From: Takakia lepidozioides
Taxonomy: Eukaryota; Plantae; Bryophyta
NCBI GenBank assembly: GCA_030704615.1
Contig: CM060732.1
Location: 15,624,001 to 15,688,000 of the forward strand
Reading direction: 5' to 3'
Length of the DNA: 64,000 nt
A program made the translations under genes and the position numbers. This document shows positions 20,950 to 34,287 of this stretch, piece by piece; position 1 is the first letter of the stretch, and every line of letters begins with the position of its first letter. Below the pieces are notes generated by a model that did no database searches, had not been told where the DNA came from, and saw only the letters and a list, made by a program, of their open reading frames with translations.

Positions 20950-23900
20950 GTGATGACGCATTTGGCTCCTGTCCTCTGCCTTATCGACACATGGATGCTG
21001 ACACATTTGATTGGGACTCCAGTTGTGTGGGATGTCTCCAGTGTTCACCCGCATGAAACTGTGGATTCAGCATCTCAAAGAAACCCGAGATCTCATTCCA
21101 TCACAGAGGATAGTGATTGTCAAGTGCAATTCACTGAAAGCAATGAAATTCTGTCCAACGGAGAGACTGAAGGGGATCCGGCTGAAGGTCTTGGGAGAAA
21201 TTGTTGAGAAACTTGCAGTGCCTTCTTCTTGGGGAGGACGGAAACGCCCTGTTTGAAGGCCGAATTCAGGCTTGCATTCCTAACGAGGTCATTCTGAATG
21301 ACAAACTCGGAGAGGACGATGTTGGGGTTCTTGTCACCAGAACAATCTCTGGAGAATCCGATTCTCTGATGTCCATTGTGAAATGGCCGTTAACAAAAAC
21401 AAGACTTCTTGAAAATGGCCGGATACTCTCCGTTGATCTCGAAAATTTCCTACGATCTTGCGGTGACATGGAGCATGATGACCATCACACAGTCATGAAG
21501 AAAGCAGCGTACAAGCATTTTACAAGAAGAAGAAAGCATCCAATTTGGAGGACTCAAAAAAGTGCAAGAAAAATCTTACTCTAGAGGAAGTGAGGTCGGT
21601 GAGCAGCAAACCTTGTTGCAAGTTTCAGTGCTGCCAGTATTTTGATTGGAGAAATTTTTTGGCAATTTTACTGCAGTTTGGGGATCGTCATTTGATGAGA
21701 GGAGAGAACATGGATTGAATGTTTCAAAACGACTTCACATCATGGAAGGGGCATTGTGCATGTTACGATAGAGGGTGTTGATGTTTGTGAGAAAGCATGG
21801 TGGATAATACACGGAATTGGAAGGTCAACGTACATGGAGTACAAAAAGCTTAGTAAAGAGGGCTGGTTGTCATCTTTGCACGGAAATCGTGGCATCAAGC
21901 GGCCTCGACCAGGGACACTCCAGGCAGAGGGGAACATTATGTCAATTATCAATGCCAATACTGACCTTATGCCTCACAAAACACGTTGCATTAGAGAGGG
22001 ACGTCGGGATACTTTGAGAGTTTTGCCACCCGAAATGAACTGGAAGAGAATTCGGGAGGAGTCCAACAAGGTGACTTTTTCTCCATGTCCTGATGTCCTG
22101 TTTCAAAATACTGTGGCTGATTTTAGTCGTGGTGATGCCATCCTACATTCTTGTTCTTCCACTTTGTAGAACTTCTACTGCCCAGTGGACGTTGACATTC
22201 TTGGACAGACGAACAGACTTCTCGGTTTGAAAGGAGTCTCGCAGCCCGCTGTAAGCCGCATCCGGAATCGAAAATTTCCTAACGTGGAGGTTTGGAAAAC
22301 CGGAAGCACCTTTGCTCAGTGCACAAAATGCGAGATATTGAATGACTTGATCAAGAAGTCTATCAAAATGAGTGCCGAACAGCACATAAGCGGGCGCTTG
22401 ATAAGCACTTAGGCATCAAGAGTCATGCAGAAGGCTGTACCATAGCTGGAGGAATGAGTCCGTTATGATTCCGGAGGAGTTCATGTGTATTATTCACGAT
22501 AAGATGGATCATAGGAAAACAACTATTCCGAGGCTACAGACGACGAACAAGATGGTCTCGGGATTGGGTCAGTTGCCTGTCTCATTGACAGGAATGGTTA
22601 CGCACGGACACGGTGATGGAGCTTACGCTCAGTTTTCTCTTGAGTTCTAGGAGGGAAATTCAAACTTTACAATTGGGTCGTTGGCTCGTTGCCTGCGCCA
22701 ACTGGAAAAGCCGACATGCCGGGAATCCAAGAACATTTTCTACACTGCACTTCAAAATGATTTTTTTGAAACGCTCATGAGATGCAAATCGAGATGTTTG
22801 GAGGCTCTGAAACACTGCAGGCCGCAAGATAAACGTGGTGCTCGTCCACTTCCTAGACAACTTTATTTGTAGATAACAGATGGATGTTTGTTTTCCTATC
22901 CCTCCTCACTACCAAAGATGTCTTTGAAGAGATCCAGCTAGGTTTTCTCATGGTCGGCACACCCATGAGGATATTGACGGATTCTTCAGCTGTCTCTAGA
23001 AGAAGCTAAAGGAACGCAACACCTACATTCTTCTGGATTTGATGAGGTCATTCATGATCTCCCAAGATCTGCAATTCATTCCTCAAATTATTCAGGAGGT
23101 TCCTGACTTCAAGAAGTTTGTTAAGGGTTGTACTCTTGATGGAAAGGAGGCGTTGGTTGGGATCTCAGAGATGCACGTTTTCGGTTTTTTAAGGATGCGG
23201 ATGGTTGGCCCGTTATGAAGTACAAGAAGTCAGCTACTGATTCGGATTGGCTTCCAAAAAACTCCAGCGTTAAGATGTGGAAGTCCAACCCTGACGGGAC
23301 TCCAAATCTCCCTGAAGGAGACCCAGATGCCATTCCAAGAAGACCGATATGGGGAGTCGGGGACAACTCCTCCGAAAAACAGTCCTTCATAAAAAATGGT
23401 ATTAAGAAATAGAGAGTTTTTGGACCAAATGAATGTTGCTTGACGATCATTACCGAGGTGTAATGGAATAATACGACCAATACTGGGCAAAAATTCTCGC
23501 CGAACTGGATAAGCCAATGCAAAAAATTCTGGAGCGTATTCAACTTCTTGAGGGATTATGGCCGAAAACAAATCGGTCCTCAAACCATCGGAGGGATGGC
23601 ATCCAGCCACAGATAGTGCATGATATGGAAGAAGAGGATGAAGTTCCAGAACCTTACTGTGCGAGCGTCCAAGGATACCCTTGAATCCGTTCAAGGATGT
23701 TGAGAAAGGGTTTTGTTATGGTTTTAGTCATGGTTAACTAGAATAACCTACTTCTACTTAACTATGACTTTTGGATATTTATTATGTGTATTTTATGTGT
23801 TGGGACTTCATTTGGTCTCATATGCCAAGTGAGGTGTCAAGCCTCACTTGGGACATGGGGATGGGTTTTCCCCTTGTGAGGGTTGAGGAGGGCTCATCTT

Positions 23901-24513
23901 CTTGTAGTGATAATGAAAGTGAACACAATGGAAACACTCCACTCATGAATCCACTCAATCACATAAACTAAGTCAAGCCAATGGCACCTTTGCTAAGAGA
24001 ATCCACCCTACAAAGCCCTCACCACACTCCCTCTCAATACCTAGAGCTATGGAGGTGTGAGAGGCTCATGGATTGTGGCATAACTTTCTAGGATTGTGTG
24101 CTTAGAATATATGGTGGATAGCGATGTATGTTGTGGCACGATGCTTAGGTGCACGACAGTTTTTTGTGCTCATTCGCCCTCATGACCCAACGATGTGCCC
24201 GGTCTGGATGGGGATGGCAATTTCAGATGTCATCCGAGAAAGGGAGGATCCTAATTTTAAGAAAGTGAAGGTGGAGTGGTGGAGACCGAAAAAAGGAGGT
24301 AACCCGTCAGACTTGGAGAGGTACAGGGACTGTTGGTCAAAAGTTTGGGAGTACAAGGTCCGTCAGATCCTGCTCAATGGATCCACGTGAACAATGTGGA
24401 CAATGCCGCCACGAACAAATACGACAAGAAATAGCACCAAGAGAATTACAGCGGCGGAAGCAGTGAAGGCGCGCGCGAATTCGGAGGAGGCTAACCTTCA
24501 GCCAGATACCTGA
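20950..24513 (+). pseudogene. Degenerate Sola-like DDD transposase
   Basis: VCEKAW..IHGIGRSTY...LHGN; FAQCTKC; CIIHDKMD (D1); LPRQLYL*..(D2 region damaged); LGFLMVGHTHEDIDGFFS-like motif (D3, read across a 1-nt indel at ~22960); C-terminal FVLIRP...VWMG...VEWW. Many stops and frameshifts. Confidence 0.7.
23714..24158. mobile_element. Solo LTR inserted in the Sola-like transposase
   Basis: TG...CA ends with imperfect inverted termini (TGTTATG / CACGACA), flanked by a GTTT direct repeat. Removing it restores the frame DVEKGFFVLIRP. Confidence 0.7.
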
Positions 24514-25284
24514 AGGTTACCTTCTTGTGAACCACTTTCCGTCCATGGACTAAATGTTGAGGTCATTTCTGGTTATTCGATTTAAAATATAAAAATTTCT
24601 TTCTACTTTTTTTCCTTCATGTTTGCGTTGGGGGATACTTCTTGTTTCTTTTTTTCTGTCGCACTGAACCTTGAGTGGTCAGTGGACGTTCTCGATCTTT
24701 TTTTTTGGCGTGCTGGACTCTGCACTGCTGTACATTCTGTTCATCTCCAAGGGGATTCTGGCTTACAAAAAAAAAGTAAAGTATGACACCTCCCGAAGGG
24801 AGCGTAACTTATGGTGTCACTTGACCCCAAAGGGCTACTGCCTTCCAACAGGAAGGTGGACACCTTCATGACACACCAGACGGTGGTTTGAACCCACAAC
24901 CACATCCAACGTGGTATGTGCCCATTACCACTGGGCTACATGCTGGTTGTCTCTGGCTTACAAAACAGACAGTGCACAAAAAAAAAAAAAAATGCGGACA
25001 CAACCCCTGGAGTCTTTATTTTCCAATCCGGTCTAAATGTTTTTTTCTAATGTCCCGTCATTGCGCCAATTCCAGTCCGTCTCTCAATGCTTGCACTTGC
25101 TTTTCGCAGAGCCAAATCTCCAACTGAGGTTTCCCACTAAGAGGACCCTTACCCTATCATTATTGCCATATTTTTCAATTTGCCACTCCTTAACTTATAC
25201 CTCTCATGTTCTCCTCCTTTTCCTCCTCTAAGCTCTATGTCTAGCGAGTGGAGTCTTCCATGTTTGTTTGTCCATATGTAACTT

Positions 25285-25914
25285 AAACCAAAACCCCTAC
25301 CTTAGTAAACCCTTATCCTAAAACCCTTTACCCTAAAAGACCCTTAAGCATTTATCCCTAAACCCTTACCATTTCTCTTGCAAATGGGATTGTACTATCC
25401 ATACCATAACCAATAATGGTTATGGTTATGGTAATCCAAATCTCTTCTCCCTTCCTTTTTGCGCTACTTTTCTCGTTTGTTTTGGATTCACATGCACTTC
25501 ACTTTGCATACTAGTGTGCTTTCTATGTATCTTAATAATTTAAATACTTGTCCGTCTCAATGACTCTTCCATAATATTTGTTTATCCATTTTTATTTTCA
25601 TTCTTATACCATACACAACAAGTTCTAGTGAGTGCGAGTTTTGTTTGTCCATTTGTACTTTACCATCACCCCTAAACCCTTACCCTTCGCTTTACCCTTC
25701 CCTTAACCCTTCCATAGGCTTAAGCCGGACCCTTAGTACCCTAAACCATTACTCTTACCATATACCAAAAACCTTAGTGTACTACCCTACTTACACTACA
25801 AATCTGATTGTACTACCATGTGTGAGTCTTCCATATTTGTTTGTCCCTTTCTACCCTAAATCCAAACCCTAAACCCTTACCCTTCCCTTTACCCTGGCCT
25901 TAATCCTTACCCTA
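25285..25914 (-). repeat. Degenerate telomere-like (CCCTAAA/CCCTTA) repeat blocks
   Basis: Blocks at ~25290-25370, 25670-25760 and 25850-25914. 25867-25914 matches the reverse complement of 3748-3795 at 47 of 48 positions. Confidence 0.8.
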
Positions 25915-28900
25915 GCATGGACATCAGAGAACCGGATTCTCCAGAGATTGTTCTGGTGACAAGAACCCCAACATCGTCCTCTCCGAGTTTGTCATTCAGA
26001 ATGACCTCGTTAGGAATGCAAGCCTGAATTCGGCCTTCAAACAGGGCGTTTCCGTCCTCCCCAAGAAGAAGGCACTGCAAGTTTCTCAACAATTTCTCCC
26101 AAGACCTTCAGCCGGATCCCCTTCAGTCTCTCCGTTGGACAGAATTTCATTGCTTTCAGTGAATTGCACTTGACAATCACTATCCTCTGTGATGGAATGA
26201 GATCTCGGGTTTCTTTGAGATGCTGAATCCACAGTTTCATGCGGGTGAACACTGGAGACATCCCACACAACTGGAGTCCCAATCAAATGTGTCAGCATCC
26301 ATGTGTCGATAAGGCAGAGGACAGGAGCCAAATGCGTCATCACAAAAGATCAAGATAACTGAAATGGTAGACGATCACAAGTGGTGTCCGTGGCAAGTTC
26401 TTTCCCCAGAGACATTTTGGCAATCTCCTGAGGCAACCACTGACGGAGATCCAGGAAGTGACAGAAACACCCTTTGGCCAACTTGGAACCCCATGAATTT
26501 AGTAACCTCCACTAGACAGTGGAGGTTCAATAAAATCGGATTACGGGAGGGAAGTTAAACTGAACGAAAGAACGTTGTCCCACCGAAAGGAAGAGTTGAA
26601 GGAGAACTTTTTCGACGGATTTGAATGAGAAAATCACTATGGATTTAAAAGGTAAAGTCAATGTATGGATCTATCCCGAGACTTATGAAAGACACTTGGA
26701 ATTGAAGTGGAGTATGAGGGCGGACTATAGCACAATGTGACTACATCTATATGATCTGTCAGAAGGAGTCACAAATGCCAACCTCCACTGGACAGTGGAG
26801 GGTGGATGATATTTGTTGATGAAATCAACCACATGGATGAACAATGGATAATGAAGAGGCCCTTTGTAGATGAGAAAATGATTCTTGGGATGGATGAATA
26901 ATAATGTGGCGACTGCCCAATGGAGGTTTAGGACTAACTTTAGACAAACGAAAGTAAGTGTAGCTGGTGCACATGGAGAGTACACAAAAAAATTGAGTAT
27001 CATATTATCCTACGTGAGAAATGTACAGTTGACACCCGAGACTACGGAAGCAGAGAGAGATGCAGAGGCTGCTTCAGAAGTACCCTATGGCCACAGTGGT
27101 GCAGGATAGACAAAGAGGTGCACGTTGTCCAGAGAGGTGCGCGAGAGAAAGAAGCAAGTGAGAGGTTCGCAGAGGGAAGTTGGTGGTGTGTGGAGTCGGA
27201 CGTTATATAGAGGTGACAAGTAACTTTCATCTTGAATCGCTCCAATGGCAGTGTCGGATGATTTCTCTCCCAGATCGATTGTGGCCACCATGGATTAAGG
27301 CGGAATCGAACGGCTGATTTCTACTCGGGAAATCTAGGTTTCATTGAATGTGTGCACAGTTTTTCATGTATTGACAGCAGCCATGGTCACATTAATTATA
27401 CAACAATTATAACGGCCGCGATCATACTGAATTTTGTCGTACTTGTACGTTAGTTCTGGCATCATTATCGTGCGGCTCTGACAGCAGACTCTGGAATAAG
27501 CGTGAAGGATGCCAATTCTGACAAGTGGCAGGGAGAAATGAAGTCAGGCGGCTAACCGCCACAACTAATTCTGGACTGCACATTAACAATCGATCATTAT
27601 AAGTTGGGAGGAATCCGGAGGTGAACCATAAAGCACTTTGAGATTTTTCTGTGTCTATTTATCGTGCTGTTACAGTGAATAAATCACTTGGGCATGGCGG
27701 GGCATTACACGCCGGCGTAATGCATTGGACAGCGAGGGTGGTGCATTACAGATGTGCGTAATGCAGTGCCATGCCTTGCTTTCTTGCACATGTTTAATGT
27801 AGGGATGGGCCCCTCGTGTCGGGCATTCCTCGATAAATGGGCATTCCCTCTGGCTCCAGCCCTGGGCGCAATGACCTTAAATTGAGGAATGCCCGACACG
27901 AGGGGCCATCTACTATCCTTAAAGCCGTATGTCACATGGCACATGCGAGTGTTGTCAGGGAATATTGACGCCTAGCGGCTAACTGCCGAAAGTAATTGTG
28001 GACGGCTCATTATGAGACAATGATTATAATGTGTGACGAATCCGTAGGTACACCATTGTGTCCTCTGGCAGATTGCGGTTGAAACAACTGCCTCCGCGTG
28101 CCACGTGGGTGGTCACATGTGCGTTTGGGGCGTGGGTTAAGGTTTTGCGGCTTCGAATCTATTTTAAGATTTTGGTAAGCGTGAGGGTTGCAGAGTCTGA
28201 CAAATGCCGTTATTACCGTCTTTTCATCTTTTTTTCATTTGTCTGTCCATTCGTCTGTCCAATCGTGTGTGCATTCGTCTGTCAATTTGGAACAAATTTT
28301 GAACTAATTTCATATGTGTGGAGAGGATTATTATTTCATGAGCAGAAACCATGAGCCATGAGCCATGAGCCGCATGAGCGGTGAGCCGAAGTCTAAGATA
28401 CGCGGATTTCATGAGCGGACTCCTCCAAATTTGGAAATGCGGCAGATTAAACAAGTATTAAAATAATAGTTTTTTATTTGACCTTGCCGTTTTTGGACGT
28501 TCCAGATCATGTAATGCGGCGAAGATATGTCGTCAGTAACAAGTCCGCTCATGGTTTTATAGATCCGCTCATGGAAATAAGTGACCGTGCAACGGGAAAT
28601 CCAGTATACCACTGCAAAAGGACGTCGCATACTGGCCTGTATAGAGTATTCCGCGGTTTTACATGCCTTAACATTGGAATGAAGCTGACCCTTTTGCCGC
28701 GATTGAACCAATGGAGTCTGCACCAATACAGTCTGCAGTACTTCACAATTCTGTCTTCTTCGGGTATTCGGCGGGAAAGGTTTGCAACTGAACTGGGAAA
28801 TAAGGTGCCGCATTAGGGTTCGCACGTGCGAAATTTCGGAGCGGTTTGGTGTTGGGGAAGGCCGCCTCTACCAGTACCTACGACGATACTTGGAAATGCG

Positions 28901-29164
28901 GCGCCGCATTTCCTTGTCGGAGGTCGAATGAGGAAAGCAAGTTTTCGGAAAGCAGAAAAACATGAACCCTCCAACATACAAAAATACATGCACGTGGAAA
29001 CAAGTGAACGATATAGTAATATCTTAGTTCGAGCAAAACAGGTTACTGGTAGGCAAGACATATGTCGAACCTTTCTGTGGCCAGAGTCTGAGGTACTGGT
29101 AGCAGTACAGTTCTACTATCCGAAAAGGATGGGCGTACCATTGTATTGGGACCGCAAGCCAAGC

Positions 29165-32100
29165 TCACTGGTCCCCTGGATCCATATTCAGAAGAGTGTG
29201 AACCTCCTGGGGGCTCAACCCTGGTGCATGTATGAAGTGTTGAGTTGTGGAATTACAACGGAGTCTCTTTAGGTACACGTAGTACAAATGCTTGCAAGGG
29301 CAGTATGATGCCCCCTTGTTCGCCATGATCTGGAAGTCGGTGCAATTGCAGGTGGGTAATTCTGAAATGGTGATGGTGTACACCTCATTGTGAACAGCTG
29401 AGCCCGCCGTGGCCATCTGATACACACGCCCGGATCCTGGTGGGGGCACTTTTGTCGAGCTCTGGATTGTACAGTTCATCCGAAGTGCATTCCCCATCCT
29501 TGTCTCGTTCACTTTTGAGGGAGGTCGCCGCCTCTTCGGTTTCCCTCAACGGTGTGTAGGATGCTTAGAGCTGTCGTGTCCCATTGTTCTTGCTCTCACA
29601 GGGGTCGGTGGTGGAGGCTGTGGAAGCGGAAATGGTTCTCTGGGGACGTCAGAGCGCTGCACCATCCGAAATCCTGCGGCGGTAAGGGCGTCGGCCTCAA
29701 CCAGACTCAGATCGCAGCCTGGTTCCACCGGCCACACCGGGGGAGCCTCTGGCATTGTTTGTATGTCGTACTTGGGCTTTCCATACACGCAAGTCATAAT
29801 GTCGTGCCTGCAGAACCAGAACTGGGTGGTTGTCGCCTCCGCAAACTTTGCATGGACAAATCTTCCTGTAAAAGTAGGAGCAGGGAAAGCCCCATCTGGA
29901 TTCCTCCTTATCATCTCTAAACAACGTTGCCGTGTATCCACACGAATTGCGGAACACCTTCCTCAAAACGACGGCTTTGTGCGAGCAATTCTCCACTGTG
30001 AGGCAGACACAGTCGTCTCCACAATGGCTTGGCCATACTGCATAACAGCGGGCGGAATCTGGGGCAAGGGAGCGGTGGGAATTTTTTGCACGAAATCCCC
30101 GGTTGAAGGCGACGGCGATCTGGAATTTCTTGGGCTTCCACTGCTGGAAGACACATTGTGCGGCAACATGACGGGACCTTGAGGTGCTGTCCGAATGTTC
30201 CTGTCGGATCTCCAGGAATCCTCTTCGCACCCGGGTTCCTCTTCAATCCTCCGCCTGACAGGGCGAGTCCGGACGTCCCCCTCTAGGTGTTCACCTCTGC
30301 GGTGCAGAGGCGTCCCTTTGATCTTCTCTCGCAATGGTGTCGCCCATTTCAGTGGATTCTTGGACCTCGAAGCTATTCGTACCAACAATTCCTCCCTGTC
30401 CGGCCCAAAGCCCCATTGTTTGCCGCTCAGGAACTTGTAGTACGTGGCTTGCTGCATGATTGCTTTGTCGATGTCCTCCGTTGTGGCCGTCACTACGTCC
30501 ACCAGATGTGCGGCAGAAGACGCTCGCCAGGAGGAGTGGACCGATTCTGCCATATTCGTGTTCGGCATGTCCGTGTCGGAATCCAAGCACCGCTCCTAGA
30601 AGGACACAAACAAGATCTCTCTTTCCCCTCCATTGGAACATTGGGGTCCTCACCGTACACACACCGCACCGCTGCCCAGTTGGCCTGAGCGTTGTCTGCC
30701 ATGAATCCCTTGAAATTGGGCTCTGGCAATCCCGCCCTTGCCATCTACTCGTTTATGCCCTCCCACAGATGCATCTCGGACTGTGTGTCCTCCCCTTTCA
30801 TCTCGCAGATTGCAATCGTCATGAGCCTCTTGGAGTGATAGTCATAAACATGCGCACCCATAGTCACCCACTGATGGTTTGTAATTCGCTTGATGTGATC
30901 AAACATCACCCAAGCATTCGACAAGTTTCCAGTTGTCATGCGAGTGACCAAGTCGACTTTACTCCCAGGCCCACACGTCGACATTTTAAAAATGTAACAA
31001 CGATCGGATTCGCTGCCTTGCCCTGGAAACCTGCTACCTTGGATGTAGTCATATCCAATCATTCGTTTCACCTCCAGGATTGAGTACATGTCCGACCCCC
31101 TGCCCAACTCCTGCTTGCAAGATACGATGTGATTCCGCACATTCGGACTACAAACGTGCGAGACGGACTCCAAGAGGTCACGCATCTCGTCTTCCGTCAA
31201 GGGCTCTCGGTCGGAAACATCTTCAGACATGATTTTGCCAAGAGCAATCTTGTGGGCTGCCTTCAGCTGAATCTGCTTTGGTCTGGCTCCGGGGCTCAAT
31301 TTCACCTCCTCTTTTATGATGTCGTGTGCTTCCTGCACAGCCTCACGCATGTTGCTTCTCGCCAAGGGGTGGCAGTGGACCCCAATGTGTATGCAAGCTC
31401 TAGTCAAGTCCGGGAGCAAATGGATTACGTAATATTGCTTGGCTCTGCACATGGACATGCACGTCGGTGGTTCTTTGCAATGTGCACACGTGAAAGAACC
31501 CGCAGGAGCTTGGCTGGAGACAATGAATGGATGATGCGTTGTGCCAGTCCAATCCGTCTCGTTTCTCCGCCCTCCTTTGGAGAGAAAGTGGAAGCAGGTG
31601 GGATTGAGGCACCTCAGCTTCCCCGCACAGAGGACATATCGTACACGAACACCATCAGCAATTTTCGTGCTACTGGTCTTCGTCACACACCAGGGGTGTC
31701 CGTCATGCTTTCGATCCATGTCTGTTAACATCCCGGAGGCTTTGTTTGACGAAGAAACAGGTGGAAACTCGAAGATGACATTGCCATCGACTTCGGGAGG
31801 CAGAAACGTTACCTTTCTGACTGGGAATTTGGCATAGTCGAGAGCAGCCAGCTCGGAGCGAGAACCATCGAGGTGATGTTGTCGTAGGAGCTGCACAATG
31901 GACCGGGTTGGAGTTATGCTCGAGGGCACATTCGTAGCACCTACAGAGACGTCCATGCCGGATTTGAACGACCGTGTGGAGGACATGGGTACCTCAATGC
32001 AATCATCTTCCTCGTCGGAAATGTCGAATACGTCCACACGAGAAGCTATGGAGGGTCTTGACGGTCCAGGTCGGGAATGATTATCGTTGCATACCTCTCT

Positions 32101-32448
32101 GTGGGCAGTGGCCGCCTGTCGGTTTCCGGACTCCTTTGTGGATGGTGTGGGCAGCGACTGATTCGGAAAGGGAATGGGCATTCCCACAGCTTGGTACAGG
32201 ATGGTGTCTGATGGGGGAACGTGCCATTCGCTTCCGCAACCTCCGTCGTTACCTAGCACGACAATGGTCTCGTCAACCTGTCTAGGAACATCCCTCCTTT
32301 CTTCTTCCAAATAAACTGTGCCCGGTTTGAGCTTGAATTTGGAACAAAGGTAAGTTTCAGTCACTCTGCAAAGTCCTCCCTCGTTTGGGATCCAGGCTCT
32401 CCCAAGTTGCAGAGGACAGCAAACTATAGCGTAGGAATTCGGAGCCAT
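29165..32448 (-). pseudogene. Second copy of the element A transposase, disabled
   Basis: Intact through the GCM-like domain and D1, but has a TAG at 30745-30747, a ~320-bp deletion (equivalent to ~16358-16680, removing CxxH and the intron donor) at ~30613, and a TGA at ~29546. Confidence 0.85.
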
Positions 32449-32861
32449 CGAACACCGCACGGAGTTGGCAAGTGCGAGGTTCAGTATAGCGACAGACCAA
32501 GGCTCACAGGCACCATGCGGAGTCCATCGACGATTGGAAGTCGCACATTGAAGTGGAAAGTATTGTTTCAAGCTACATGCATGAAGGTGGGAGGTTTGAT
32601 TCCATAGCCGGTAAGTATGACAATGATGGCCGATTCGGCGACGAAATAACATCTCCTGACAGTTTCTCCTGAGGGAGGATCCAGCAGTATTCTCGGTGCA
32701 GACAGGAACGTTCGCATTGACAAGTGCCAGGACTGTTAGTTAAAACGGTCAGACAACCAAGTTGTGCTCATCAAGACTGGCCGCAATGTTGTTTCGGAAC
32801 AATGCAACCCATTGAGGTTCCAGATTTCCCGTCCCGAGTGATTCTTTCAATTGCTGGTGGA

Positions 32862-34287
32862 CGGAAATACGGCACCGCATTTCCGTATTGCTTCTTGGTC
32901 ATGCACCAGAGCGACGGAAATGCGGCACCGAGTTTCCGTCCGGGGGAAACCTTTATACTCTCCAGAATGGAAAAGCGGTAACGCATTTCAATCCAGCAAG
33001 CACGGTATGTGAAGATGGAACGGAAATGCGGTACCGCATTTCCGTTCTGATTGAGAATTATGAACAACGGGAACAAAAATGCGGCACTGCATTTCCGTCC
33101 GAGTCGCACTTTTCCGACATTCCAGAACGGAAATGCGGCGCCGCATTTCCATTTTGTATCTGATGCATGGAGCTGAGGGATAAAAATGCTCCAGCACATT
33201 TCCGTCCTTAAAAGACATTCATACTCTCCATAACGGAAATGCGGTACCGCATTTCCATCCAACAAGCACGGTATGTGAAGGTGGAACGGAAATGCGGTAC
33301 CGCATTTCCATTCTGATTGAGAATTATGAACAACGGGAACAGAAATGCGGCACCGCATTTCCGTCCGAGTCGCACTTTTCCGACATTCCAGAACGGAAAT
33401 GCGGCGCCGCATTTCCATTTTGTATCCGATGCATGGAGCTGAGGGATAGAAATGCTGCAGCACATTTCCGTCCTTAAAAGACATTCATACTCTCCATAAC
33501 GGAAATGCGGTACCGCATTTCCATCCAACAAGCACGGTATGTGAAGGTGGAACGGAAATGCGGTACCGCATTTCCGTTCTGATTGAGAATTATGAACAAC
33601 GGGAACAGAAATGCGGCACCGCATTTCTGTCGGAGTCGCACTTTCCGACATTCCAGAACGGAAATGCGGCGCCGCATTTCCATTTTGTATCTGATGCATG
33701 GAGCCGAGTGCGATTCCGACCGCTTGAGACATTCATACTATCCAGAACGGAAATGCGGTACCACATTTCCGTTCTGACTGAAAATCGTGAACCATCGGAA
33801 CTGAAATGCGGCAGCGCATTTCCATCCGAGTCGCACCTCCCAACATTCCAGAACGGAAATGCGGCACCGCATTTTCGTTCAGATGAAATATCCTGAAACA
33901 TGGGAACTGAAATGCGGTACCGCATTTCCGTCGGAGTCGCACCTTCCGACATTCCAAAACCGAAATGCGGCGCCGCATTTCCGTTTTGTATGTGAGGCAT
34001 GGAGCTGTGGAACGAAAATGTGGCACAGCATTTCCGCCAGCGTCAGACGTTAATACTCTACAGAACGGAAATTCGGTACCGCATTTCCCTCTGACTGAAA
34101 ATCGTGCGCAACGGGAACAGAAATGCGGCACCGCATTTCCGTCCGAGTCGCACCTTCCGACATTCTAGAACGGAAATGCGGCGCCGCATTTCCGTTTTGT
34201 ATATGGGGCCTGGAGCTGTGCTACGGAAATGTGTTGCCGCATTTCCATCCATGTGAGACCTTCAAACTTTCCAGACCGGAAATGCGG
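32862..34287. repeat. Palindrome array of the inverted copy
   Basis: Same GGAAATGCGGYRCCGCATTTCC motif. The 266-bp unit is present three times (GCACGGTATGTGAAG at ~33000, 33266, 33532). Confidence 0.9.

Larger units (their letters stand above)
13101..21376 (+). repeat. Left arm of ~8.3-kb inverted duplication
   Basis: Reverse complement of 25917-34287. The ORF track shows near-identical mirrored ORFs (e.g. 20950..21207+ vs 26086..26343-). Confidence 0.95.
25917..34287 (-). repeat. Right arm of the inverted duplication
   Basis: Reverse complement of 13101-21376. Begins next to the telomere-like repeat and ends mid-palindrome (GGAAATGCGG|) at the start of element B. Confidence 0.95.
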
